The notes: generated by a model not told the origin, from the letters alone. 64,000 nucleotides of DNA from a virus (IMGVR_UViG_3300010352_001202); one strand, 5' to 3'. Counted from the stretch's first letter, positions 30,101 to 38,093 are shown. Translations and numbers: made by a program.

Positions 30101-32042
30101 GGGAACTACACAGGATTTAAATGATATTGCGTTTAGGGGATACTTAAATGTTGTTGTGGGAAATGGTGGTACAATATTAACTTCGAGCAATGCCGGCGTT
30201 ACATGGACTTCACAAACATCTGGAACAAGTGAAAATCTATTAGGTGTTGCATACAACGGCACATTAGATATTTTCATTGCTGTTGGAGCCAATGGTACCA
30301 TTCTTACAGGCAATACTACAGGCACAACATGGACTTCGAGAACATCGGGCACATCAAAGAATCTTAACGGTGTGTTTTTTGCTAACGGCAACATTCCTGT
30401 TGCTGTCGGCGACACAGGCACAATTCTAGTTTCTACAGCAGCATCTCTTGGCGCTACATGGACTTCCATCACACCTGTAGTTGATCATGATTTGCTCGGC
30501 GGATGCACATTACCGTCATCTACACAGAATTATATTGTCGGTAAGGGTTATACAATTATTGATGCAACAGTTACCACAGCACCTGTTATTAGATCTTCAT
30601 ATACACCGAACTGTTCGATTACGGCTGGATGCCCAAATCCGGTGGCAACTGCAAGACCTGTCTTTGTGGGAACCAATGGAATGATTTTCTACGGCATGGG
30701 TCGTCAGGGATCGAGTATGTTTACTCCACGCTTTAGTGGAACATATTCTAATTTAAACGATATTTGTACAACAGCTATTAGTTCAAATGCCATGCTTGCC
30801 TGCGGTGATTCGGGAACTGTTATTCAGTGTTCTGCTGCATCTATTGGATATGTACCGTGGTCTTATATCACTTCAAACACGACAGATAATTTATACGGTA
30901 TTGGAACCGGTGTAACAAATACATGTTGCTCCGTCGGTGCTGGCGGTCGTGTTGTCTATGGATCGCCCAATGTTAATTCTTCCTGGACTGTAGCGTCTAC
31001 AACCAACACAACAAATAGATTAAATTCTGTTTCGACTTTTACATCTAACTGGTGTGCGGTAGGTGCCAATGGTACAATTATTACATCAAATTCTGAACCG
31101 ACACCTGCTTCATGGACATTACAAACCACCGGCACTACAGAAACATTTAATTCTGTAAGACTCGATACCACTAATACTGTGTTTATAGCTGTCGGGACAA
31201 ACGGAATTATCAAAACATCAGCGAATGCTTCTCCATCGACCTGGTCCACAAGAGCTTCTGGTGTTACAACAGAGCTAACAGATATTGGATTCCTTAGTGC
31301 AGGTAGCAGTACGAGTATTGTTGTTGGAAAGGCCGGTACATATTTAACAAGTTCTAATCTTTTAACATGGACGGCAGTGTCCTCTGGCACAACAAATGAC
31401 CTTGTAACGGTTGTTTCTGTAGGAAGTAGCTTACCAATATATGTTGATTCGATAGGATCGATTTATGGAAAAGATACATCTGCAGGAGTAACAGCTACAT
31501 TATTGGCAGCACCGAGAGCGGTTACATCTCAAATTTCATTATCTAATGCAACATTACTTTCGTACCTTACACCAATCGGCCTTACTTCGTACAATGTCTA
31601 TTTAGGGCTATCGGGCAAAACTATTGCTTTGAAATCACAAACATCGACGACAGCAGTCACAGATATTACTTCTGTTGGCGATAGTTCAAATACAATTTTC
31701 TTTGTTGCACAAACAACAGGAAATGTAAGATCTACCAGCGATTTCGTAACCATGACAGATCTTGGATATGCAGGAAAGGCAACAAAATCATTAGGTAATA
31801 GAGTTATTTCCGGCACCGATGGTGTAATTAGCGTGCCGCAATCAACCGTTGTTGCATCGGCACTGACAGCAAATGTTGTACCGTTCGGGCCGACATTAAC
31901 TTCGGCAGCGAATTTTGATAGATACAGTAATACATCGTTGGGATTCGATTCCAGCGGTAATCTGTGGAAAATAGATGATACCACATCCGCCGTGCCGAGA
32001 GGTGGATTGCAACTTGTTGTATCGACAACGGAGATTGTATAA
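27171..32042 (+). CDS. Large beta-propeller repeat protein (BNR/Ycf48-like repeats), probable receptor-binding or virion protein
   Basis: Many ~43-aa repeats of VAVG..GTIL.S....WTSRTSGT..NL..V. Confidence 0.75.
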   Translation: MSSSFKRTYYKPTTTGMDVAYTVPSVSSAILLSAIVTPTNNEDKTVSLGVAPTGSSDINWVSRNIPVYNGSSINLSPDRMALNTGDRIIVNANTDLMQFIQSVSDLPIANPTSIAVNSGGTVIVIGGTDGLAMSSDGGLSFNKVSSVAPVNTGFNLLKYFASKFIYFVSSSLIYTSTDGVTWTANTSGVATNQIYPTSQVTGNGSRLVGINNGALYQSTDGTTWTSISTNGYPTNMKTITDVNINYVYYNASISGFYACGDNGTVFRCGTTPGANTWTQVPTGVLENLNGMYFGSSTLVVVGDNGRLITTSTYTDAGVFAVAAASVTGTTENLRGITFNGSYWIVCGTNGTILTSTSPTTSWTSRTSGVSVTLNAVTFSASNNGIIVGDTGTILYEIGTAGATWNSQSSGTSNNLNSVMFSGSLNSYVAVGNAGTVISSPNATAWTSRTSGTSNNLYSVNQGSATFGILMAGAAGTLLGVEQRSGLYNFTTFRSGTTSTIKSIFAVGNAGTYAAYVGANGLFGMSTTEFTSSQLLTGAYIASDLVSGTSTKFNAIAMATTGSNIVAVGDSGIIYTSASSTLTTWTSRTSGVGVNLNGVVQNSAGVWVVVGDTGTILTSSTLTTWTSQTSSTSNNLNGVCLGPGTPSFIAVGNGGVVRTGDATGVTWTSQTNADTANLRAIAFNSANTNWVAVGDGGRALLGTTSGTTWAVQTSNTSNNLRSISWTPTFNYTAVGDAGTVISGVAGGTSWTVRNSGTAENLFTCLSLNSGVAGLSVLTTVGAAAFGDNGCMITSNTPTSANFVTRKIAVTGALYGSTDTGTVTLAVGASGKIYSFSVVNGGFQEIFVLRPNDIPAIAGGTNFAVAPGPFSTMYTSGTTAATNRWNTLFPTSGFAEMNLRKAIYNGTSWMMVGNNGSAMTLSSNTQTGTPTMLTTQTNTNLRSGIYNTSSVIHILVGEDGGIFTSTSSVSTMIITKRTSGTTQDLNDIAFRGYLNVVVGNGGTILTSSNAGVTWTSQTSGTSENLLGVAYNGTLDIFIAVGANGTILTGNTTGTTWTSRTSGTSKNLNGVFFANGNIPVAVGDTGTILVSTAASLGATWTSITPVVDHDLLGGCTLPSSTQNYIVGKGYTIIDATVTTAPVIRSSYTPNCSITAGCPNPVATARPVFVGTNGMIFYGMGRQGSSMFTPRFSGTYSNLNDICTTAISSNAMLACGDSGTVIQCSAASIGYVPWSYITSNTTDNLYGIGTGVTNTCCSVGAGGRVVYGSPNVNSSWTVASTTNTTNRLNSVSTFTSNWCAVGANGTIITSNSEPTPASWTLQTTGTTETFNSVRLDTTNTVFIAVGTNGIIKTSANASPSTWSTRASGVTTELTDIGFLSAGSSTSIVVGKAGTYLTSSNLLTWTAVSSGTTNDLVTVVSVGSSLPIYVDSIGSIYGKDTSAGVTATLLAAPRAVTSQISLSNATLLSYLTPIGLTSYNVYLGLSGKTIALKSQTSTTAVTDITSVGDSSNTIFFVAQTTGNVRSTSDFVTMTDLGYAGKATKSLGNRVISGTDGVISVPQSTVVASALTANVVPFGPTLTSAANFDRYSNTSLGFDSSGNLWKIDDTTSAVPRGGLQLVVSTTEIV

Positions 32043-32722
32043 TGCTTAACTTAAAAGGCGTAGGTAATGGGACACTATCATATGTAGTGACCCAACAGCC
32101 GGGTAGTTCTATTTCTCTTGTATCACTTGATAACATAGGATTAGTCGGCGGAAATTCTTTATCGAATAATCTGTTGGCAGGTAATGCAACGATTACTGCT
32201 GGCTCCGCTGTGAATACAGGTGCAACTGCTGGAAGTGTAACTCTTACAGCAGGTGCAGCAACTGGCACGAGTTCCACAGCCGGTGCTATTGTATTATCCG
32301 CAGGAGCAGGATCGGGGTCAAATAATGCAGGTAAGATTGAATTTCGCCCAGGAGTAGCAGCTTCAGCAGTTCACGGCTCGTCGGACTTTTACAAGTCTTA
32401 TACTGAAGAAATGGTAACAATATCTTCAGCAGCCGCAACTACAGTGAATTGCCGCCTCGGTAATAATTTTGCATTTACACTTACTGCAAACACTGGATTA
32501 TCTGTTCAGAATGTTCCGGTAACCGGAAGACTGTATAATATGACATTGTTCATTACACAGGGAGCAACTCCGTTTTCGATTACATGGCCTGTAGCGGTAA
32601 AATGGCCCGGAGCTATTGCTCCAACCTTATCTTCTACTTCTGGTAAAATTGACATTATTACATTAGTAACATATGATGGCGGAGTAAATTGGTTTGGATT
32701 CATTGGTGGACAAAACTATTAA
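32042..32722 (+). CDS. Tail-fibre distal-like protein
   Basis: TLFITQG..ITWP..VKWPG..APTLS..GKIDII..YDGG.NW C-terminal domain. Confidence 0.6.
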   Translation: MLNLKGVGNGTLSYVVTQQPGSSISLVSLDNIGLVGGNSLSNNLLAGNATITAGSAVNTGATAGSVTLTAGAATGTSSTAGAIVLSAGAGSGSNNAGKIEFRPGVAASAVHGSSDFYKSYTEEMVTISSAAATTVNCRLGNNFAFTLTANTGLSVQNVPVTGRLYNMTLFITQGATPFSITWPVAVKWPGAIAPTLSSTSGKIDIITLVTYDGGVNWFGFIGGQNY

Positions 32723-32731
32723 GGATATCTT

Positions 32732-33412
32732 ATGTTTGGCGTAAGAGCAATGAATTATTTCAAATCTGCCTCACCGGGTGAGCAGGTATACACCACAGAA
32801 GGGACTTTTAGTTGGATTGCACCAGCAGGTGTTACATCTGTGTGTGTTGTAGCTGTAGGTCGCGGTGGATCAAACAACGGTGGTGGCCTGGGGTGGAAAA
32901 ATAGCATATCAGTGGTGCCTGGCGGATCCTACACAGTTGTTGTTGGTGCCAGCACATACTTTATAAGTAGTGCCTTGGTAGCGGGATTTAATACTGGTGG
33001 ATTTGCAGGCGACGGCGGTGGCTCCGGCGGCAGCAACGGCGGCGGCCCTGAAGGTGGTTACGGTGGCGCCGGTGGATATACGGGCAACGGCGGCGCCGGC
33101 GGTAATAACACAGGTAATTCGGGCAGCAATGGCACAGGCGGCGGCGGAGGCGGCGGCGGCTCGGGCGATACTGGACAATCCGGTGGCGGCGGCGGTGGCG
33201 TGGGATTATTGGGTCAAGGCGCAAACGGCTCGGCGGGCAGCGGTGGAAATATAGGCAGCGACGGCAGTCCGGGTGGTGGCGGTTCTGGTGGATCCAACGG
33301 AAGTTTTTCAGGCGGTGGCAATTATGGCGGTGGTGGCCAATTCACAAACGGATCTGGAGCTCTTCGTATAATATGGGGAACTGGCCGTTCTTTTCCAAAT
33401 AATGCAGCTTAA
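32732..33412 (+). CDS. Glycine-rich virion protein, paralog of 5525..6688
   Basis: GEQVY..WIAPAGVTSVCVVAVG..GALRIIWGTGRSFPNNAA. Confidence 0.65.
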   Translation: MFGVRAMNYFKSASPGEQVYTTEGTFSWIAPAGVTSVCVVAVGRGGSNNGGGLGWKNSISVVPGGSYTVVVGASTYFISSALVAGFNTGGFAGDGGGSGGSNGGGPEGGYGGAGGYTGNGGAGGNNTGNSGSNGTGGGGGGGGSGDTGQSGGGGGGVGLLGQGANGSAGSGGNIGSDGSPGGGGSGGSNGSFSGGGNYGGGGQFTNGSGALRIIWGTGRSFPNNAA

Positions 33413-33421
33413 AAGGTAAAC

Positions 33422-34231
33422 ATGAAATACATTGATACAAATACACTAGCAGTTTTGACTGTTTATGATATTCAGTTACTATATCCTACAACTTCTTTTC
33501 CAGAAGGTACACCGGATTTAAACTATCTTGGATATCCTTACTATGCAGAAGTTGTTCAACCTACATATGATTCGATAACGCAAGGTGTACAAGAAATTAC
33601 TCCTGTTCTCGCCGAAGACGGAATTTGGTATCAAACATGGGAAGTTTATGCATTAACCCAAGAAGAAATTGATGCAAACACAGCAGCAGCAAATGCAGCA
33701 CTTCGGAAATCTATTACAGATGATGTAATGAAGAGTTTAGATGATTTTGCAGCAACAAGAAATTACTCAAGTATCTTTGCCACATGTACATATGCAACAT
33801 CTATTATTCCTAAGTTTCAGCAAGAAGCTGTATGCTGTGTAACGCTCCGCGATAATACTTGGGTAGCATGTTATCAAATCCTTGCAGAAGTGCAGGCAGG
33901 TACAAGACCTGTTCCATCTGGGTATGCAGATATTGCAGCAGACTTACCAGTTCTAGAATGGCCTCCTGTGGCTGACTTTAGTGCTTCTGTTACATCTGGA
34001 GTTGCGCCACTTGAAGTTACATTCACAAGCCTATCTACTGATGCACGAACATATGCATGGGACTTCAATAACGATACAACTGTTGACGATACTATTGCTA
34101 ATCCGGTATATACGTTTGATACAGCAGGAACGTACACTGTTCGTCTAGCAGTTTCTAACTCAATGGGTACATCGGAAGAAATCAAGACTGCATATATTGT
34201 AGTTTCGGAACCTCCTCCGCCAGGACCATAA
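33422..34231 (+). CDS. Tail-fibre assembly-like protein with C-terminal PKD domain
   Basis: LDDFAATRNY..RDNTW pattern followed by ADFSASVTSGVAPLEVTF..WDFNND..AGTYTV. Confidence 0.7.
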   Translation: MKYIDTNTLAVLTVYDIQLLYPTTSFPEGTPDLNYLGYPYYAEVVQPTYDSITQGVQEITPVLAEDGIWYQTWEVYALTQEEIDANTAAANAALRKSITDDVMKSLDDFAATRNYSSIFATCTYATSIIPKFQQEAVCCVTLRDNTWVACYQILAEVQAGTRPVPSGYADIAADLPVLEWPPVADFSASVTSGVAPLEVTFTSLSTDARTYAWDFNNDTTVDDTIANPVYTFDTAGTYTVRLAVSNSMGTSEEIKTAYIVVSEPPPPGP

Positions 34232-34239
34232 TTGGATAG

Positions 34240-34660
34240 TCGACAATAGGTCGGCATACATATATAGTAAGGCCAATGACGCAGCGTATGGCTTATGTAG
34301 AATGAAGGGTATGCCGTAGGCACCCGCCCTCTACGCATTTTTTAACATAGTCTTATATGGGTCGCAACTGGTGAATAGGTCACACAGAGTAGGCTCCAGT
34401 CTATAAGATTCCCTGGACATCTCATGGATAGCAAGGTGTAACAGTTTATGTTACCATCCTCTGAGAACCGCCACCCGGTGCATGTGGTGATGGACCGCTC
34501 GTTTTATGGTGATAGGTAGTAGGACGCGAACCCTTTAGAAAGCTTCCCGTTATCCGAGGGTTGACACCTAACTAAAACGATGTTACATTAGTCAATGATG
34601 CACAAGCTTGCATAGTTGTATATAGGAGAGGCCAGTGCCACTGACCAATCACTACAATAA
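34240..34660. ncRNA. Candidate large structured ncRNA, unidentified
   Basis: About 420 nt with no credible ORF and nested helices (34349-57/34402-10, 34343-49/34447-53, 34500-06/34573-79). Confidence 0.4.
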
Positions 34661-34673
34661 AGAATTTGGCGAT

Positions 34674-34702
34674 TTGACACCGATCTAAAAAGGTGCTAGA
34701 AT
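34674..34702 (+). promoter_or_regulatory. Sigma70-type promoter P1 of the tRNA operon
   Basis: TTGACA-17 nt-TAGAAT. Confidence 0.8.
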
Positions 34703-34860
34703 CGCAGATGATAAATAACTTTGTCGCAAGCAATATATTTGTCTATTAGAAGATAACTTGAATGACTTGACAGATTAACTATAACTTGTTAAACTTGCGG
34801 CAAGGTAGTAAAAAGAACTGTTTATGCAGTGTTTTTTACGCAGATGATAAATAACTTTGT
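34703..34860 (+). repeat. 22-nt direct repeat CGCAGATGATAAATAACTTTGT containing the late-promoter motif
   Basis: Exact copies at 34703-34724 and 34839-34860. Confidence 0.9.
34767..34795 (+). promoter_or_regulatory. Sigma70-type promoter P2 of the tRNA operon
   Basis: TTGACA-17 nt-TAAACT. Confidence 0.75.
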
Positions 34861-34914
34861 GAAGACGGGTGTCTTCGCACAAATGAACTTAACTTTGGAT
34901 TTTTGGATATAAAA

Positions 34915-35064
34915 ATGTTTGCTAACTTGAAACAACTGAACGCGATGCATATGGTGGCTTTAGCCTCCAAGCGCCTCTGCGCCGGTTATTGGGTCGGGTT
35001 TAGTACAAATAATGAACAAGATCCTATTAAGATGGCTTCCTTCTATAAGGAGTCTAGAACCTAA
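34915..35064 (+). CDS. Putative 49-aa attenuator leader peptide
   Basis: MFANLKQLNAMHMVALASKRLCAGYWVGFSTNNEQDPIKMASFYKESRT*; 3' end overlaps the antiterminator strand; weak GGA SD. Confidence 0.65.
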   Translation: MFANLKQLNAMHMVALASKRLCAGYWVGFSTNNEQDPIKMASFYKESRT

Positions 35065-35118
35065 CAAGTCTAGAAACTTTACAAAAGGAAGCCGCTAGGA
35101 AACTAAGCGGCTTTTTTG
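35034..35118 (+). terminator. Alternative antiterminator / intrinsic terminator (attenuator)
   Basis: GGCTTCCTT (35034-42) pairs with AAGGAAGCC (35085-93), which overlaps terminator AAGCCGC-TAGGAAACTAA-GCGGCTT-TTTT. Confidence 0.8.
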
Positions 35119-35438
35119 TTGGCCCCAACAGAGTTGGGAACCAATGTTAGTGGTAGGATAGTGTGAAGATACAGGAAACGAGTTCCTGGGCCTGCACTGT
35201 AAAAAACATGGGTCGAAAGGGCGTGTTCGGGGTATAAAATCCGTGGCGGTAACGCGGAGAGTCAGAACCGGATCGTAAAGTGCATATCCACTTCAGGCGC
35301 TAACTACCGCTGAATGATCTGTTGTGTACTTTACGATAAGCATTGATCTGAGATGGGCTGAAACGCCGCAGACAGTGCTTACAAGAATATATGCATTGTT
35401 GTTACAGTCTGTATAAATATTTACAGAGGACAACAGCA

Positions 35439-35858
35439 ATGATAAAATGTGAAACATGTAGTAATGAAACTTCTAATCAGCGATTCTGTTCTTTGCGTTG
35501 TACTGTTGTATGGAATAATAAACATTCTATGACAGAAGAAACACAACGAAGTAGAGGAAAGAAAAATAGTCAAGGTACAAAAATACCGAACAATCTTTTA
35601 GATATGTCGAGTAGGACAGTTACTAAATTGATTAGAAGAATGAATATAGGTTGTAGTGTATGTGGCTGGAAAGATGCCTTATGTGATATTCATCACATAG
35701 TTCCCAAAAGAAAAGGCGGAACCAACGATAATAGCAACCTAACAATACTTTGCCCAAACCATCATAGACTCATACACGAAGGTGCAGAGTTACCAATAAA
35801 GTCAGTTACTGATCATATTGGAGAGGAATGGAGAAAGCATTACTACGCACATGAATAA
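35439..35858 (+). CDS. HNH endonuclease
   Basis: CSVCGW..DIHHIVPKRKGGTNDNSNLTILCPNHH; GAGGA SD; TATAAATA upstream. Confidence 0.88.
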   Translation: MIKCETCSNETSNQRFCSLRCTVVWNNKHSMTEETQRSRGKKNSQGTKIPNNLLDMSSRTVTKLIRRMNIGCSVCGWKDALCDIHHIVPKRKGGTNDNSNLTILCPNHHRLIHEGAELPIKSVTDHIGEEWRKHYYAHE

Positions 35859-35859
35859 T

Positions 35860-35945
35860 GGGTGTGCCGGGGAGTTGGAGATCCTCACCTGTCTGTAAAA
35901 CAGGCGCCACAGGCTGAATAGGTTCGAATCCTATAACACCCACCA
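35860..35945 (+). tRNA. tRNA-Tyr(GTA)
   Basis: CCTGT-CTGTAAA-ACAGG, long variable arm, GGTTCGAATCC, ACCA. Confidence 0.9.
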
Positions 35946-35952
35946 AGTTTAT

Positions 35953-36040
35953 GGGCTTTTAGGGAAGCGGACAAACTCACCTGCGATGTGAATGCAGGCA
36001 CCTAATGGTTTCGGTAGTTCAAATCTATCAGGGCCCACCA
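35953..36040 (+). tRNA. Atypical tRNA: GTG anticodon on a type II (Tyr-like) body
   Basis: CCTGCG-ATGTGAA-TGCAGG, long variable arm, A73-CCA, no G-1/C73. Confidence 0.6.
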
Positions 36041-36082
36041 AGTTTCGGGATAGACGGAGGGCTAAAAGAGATAAATAAGTGT

Positions 36083-36727
36083 ATGAGCACCTACTATCTC
36101 TATGTAAAAATTCATAATGTCACTGGACTAAGATATCTCGGTCAGACTAAACAAGATCCGCTGAAATATGTAGGATCGGGCATAGATTGGCTAGAACATA
36201 TCAAATGTTATGGATCGGACTTAAAGACAGAAATTATTCTTGAATCTAAATCAAAGAGCGATATTGATAATGCCGGGAGATACTATAGTAACTTCTGGAA
36301 AATTACAACATCTGCAGACGATTTTGGTAATAGAATTTGGGCAAATAGGATAAATGAAACAGGTGGTGGAGGCATTGGTGGTCGGGGAAGATTACCGGGC
36401 TTTTCACATTCCGAAGAAACCAAAGAAAAACTTAGACAAGCAAATAAATCATTTGTAATGTCCGAGGATCGTAGAAGACATTTATCTGAGATCAATACTG
36501 GAAAAACTCATACGGTAGAGACCAAGCAAAAAATTTCTAATGCCAGAAAAGGCAAACCAAGAAGTGCCGAGACTAAAGCAAAAATTTCAGAGTCATTGAA
36601 AAATAGAGTCCCAAGTAGCGCCGCCGCCCCTCAAAAGGCAGGCATTGGTTTTAACGCGAAGTATGGTTTGTTAAAACTCGCCCTTTCGAGACGCAACTAT
36701 CGTACGGTAGTCCTGAATTTAATGTAA
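36083..36727 (+). CDS. GIY-YIG homing endonuclease with NUMOD3 repeats
   Basis: YYLYVKIHNVTGLRYLGQT..YVGSG; HSEETKEKLR, GKTHTVETKQKIS, RSAETKAKIS. Confidence 0.88.
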   Translation: MSTYYLYVKIHNVTGLRYLGQTKQDPLKYVGSGIDWLEHIKCYGSDLKTEIILESKSKSDIDNAGRYYSNFWKITTSADDFGNRIWANRINETGGGGIGGRGRLPGFSHSEETKEKLRQANKSFVMSEDRRRHLSEINTGKTHTVETKQKISNARKGKPRSAETKAKISESLKNRVPSSAAAPQKAGIGFNAKYGLLKLALSRRNYRTVVLNLM

Positions 36728-36783
36728 GTATATGCCCCCGCGGAAGCAGGTGGGCGGAGATGAAAGTTCTCCAATCCTATAAT

Positions 36784-36858
36784 GGGGGCAGCAGAGGGCT
36801 GCGGAGTTGCCTTGCAAGCATCTTGTCTAGAGGGGTTCGATACCCCCGGCCTCCACCA
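36784..36858 (+). tRNA. tRNA-Ala(TGC), reduced D arm
   Basis: Loop CTTGCAA, G3-U70, ACCA. Confidence 0.8.
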
Positions 36859-36864
36859 TTTTCT

Positions 36865-36924
36865 AAAGTGTTCATTCAGCAATCCACAAAAATCAACTTT
36901 TAATTGAAAATAAAACGAACACTG
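36865..36924 (+). ncRNA. CAGCAA module 1 carrying a bare anticodon stem-loop (UUU, Lys-like)
   Basis: AGTGTTC/GAACACT stem, CAGCAA 36877-82, TCAA-CTTTTAA-TTGA. Confidence 0.75.
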
Positions 36925-36934
36925 ATTTATTCAT

Positions 36935-37010
36935 GGCGCAGTAGCATAGCGAATTATGCACCTCCCTGTCTAGGAGGCCGACGAGGGTTTGAGTCCCTTC
37001 TGCGTCGCCA
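36935..37010 (+). tRNA. tRNA-Asp(GTC)
   Basis: CCTCC-CTGTCTA-GGAGG, GCCA end. Confidence 0.85.
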
Positions 37011-37113
37011 GTTATGTGAAGAGTATCGAGCTTACCCTCATAAATACTTTTCACAGTTTAGGTAAGGTATAACGTTGCTTATAACAACTCTACGATACCC
37101 AAACACCTTCTTT

Positions 37114-37170
37114 AAAGAGAACCTACAGCAACTAAAAATTTACTGTAAATGAAACCAAATGTGTTCTCTG
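37114..37170 (+). ncRNA. CAGCAA module 2 carrying a bare anticodon stem-loop (GUA, Tyr-like)
   Basis: AGAGAAC/GTTCTCT stem, CAGCAA 37126-31, TTTA-CTGTAAA-TGAA. Confidence 0.75.
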
Positions 37171-37205
37171 TTTTGAATTTGTAAATATTTGTGTTACAAT
37201 GTGCT

Positions 37206-37619
37206 ATGGCACTCATCAAATGTACTCATTGCGGAAATGATAAAAGAACTTATGGCACAAGTGCTAATTTGTTTTGTTCACGGCAATGCGCTAACGATTT
37301 CCAATATGAACAGCGTGTAGCTGAATGGAAATTATCGGGAGAAAGTACAAGAATTAGCGGCACGCCAGGCTGGTTACGCAGATATTTTTTTGAGAAGCAA
37401 AATGGTAAATGCGCCGGATGTTTGAATGATACCTGGCGAGAACAACCCATAACTCTTGAATTAGAACATAAAGATGGTAACAGTGACCATAATAAGGAAG
37501 AGAATTTAGAACTTCTTTGTCCAAATTGTCACAGTCAGTCATCGACTTATAAAGCAAAGAATAAGGGTAATGGAAGACATTATCGAAGACAGCTTTATAA
37601 GGAAGGTAAAAGTTTTTAG
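37206..37619 (+). CDS. HNH endonuclease
   Basis: CAGC..LELEHKDGNSDHNKEENLELLCPNCHSQ. Confidence 0.88.
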   Translation: MALIKCTHCGNDKRTYGTSANLFCSRQCANDFQYEQRVAEWKLSGESTRISGTPGWLRRYFFEKQNGKCAGCLNDTWREQPITLELEHKDGNSDHNKEENLELLCPNCHSQSSTYKAKNKGNGRHYRRQLYKEGKSF

Positions 37620-37692
37620 CTCTGTTAGTTTAGTGATAGAATGCTGGTTTTGTAGTCCAGATGCGGGAGTTTGATTCTCTCACGGAGCACCA
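37619..37692 (+). tRNA. tRNA-Thr(TGT)
   Basis: Loop TTTGTAG, acceptor GCTCTGT/ACGGAGC, ACCA. Confidence 0.8.
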
Positions 37693-37753
37693 CAAAAAGC
37701 TTGATTGATGTATATAAGATCCTGATTCGACACTACGGATATCAAGCACATTT

Positions 37754-37827
37754 CAGGGTATAATGAAATGGTATCATCCCACCTTTGGAGCGTGGAAGCG
37801 GTAGTTCGATTCTACCTACCCTGACCA
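37754..37827 (+). tRNA. tRNA-Pro(TGG)
   Basis: Loop TTTGGAG, C1-G72, ACCA. Confidence 0.85.
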
Positions 37828-37833
37828 GAATTA

Positions 37834-37907
37834 CAGAGTATAATGAAATGGTATCATCCCACCTTCGGAGCGTGGAAGCCCAAGTTCGATTCTTGGTACT
37901 CTGACCA
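37834..37907 (+). tRNA. tRNA-Pro(CGG), tandem paralog of the preceding gene
   Basis: Loop TTCGGAG; near-identical D and anticodon arms. Confidence 0.85.
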
Positions 37908-38013
37908 ATATAACACATAACAGAAAGCACAATATGGAATTTTTAGCATTCAACTTAATCATGATTATGATAATGTTATCAGCAAGTCTTGCTGAACAAC
38001 TTATCTAAGACAT

Positions 38014-38087
38014 GGCTCTGTAGCTCAATGGTAGAGCACGCGACTGATAATCGCGCGACGAAGGTCCGATTCCTTACGGAGCCACCA
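38014..38087 (+). tRNA. tRNA-Ile(GAT)
   Basis: CGCGA-CTGATAA-TCGCG, ACCA. Confidence 0.9.
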
Positions 38088-38093
38088 TACAAT

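Noticed and set aside
749-34338. Many antisense and alternate-frame ORFs over structural genes
   Set aside because: Shadows of biased codon use in acidic or T/G/S-rich genes; no RBS or motifs.
36043-36727. Group I intron around the GIY-YIG gene
   Set aside because: No recognisable P7 core elements or flanking exons.
37934-38008. 24-aa hydrophobic ORF between tRNAs
   Set aside because: Too short and no SD; cannot be supported from sequence alone.
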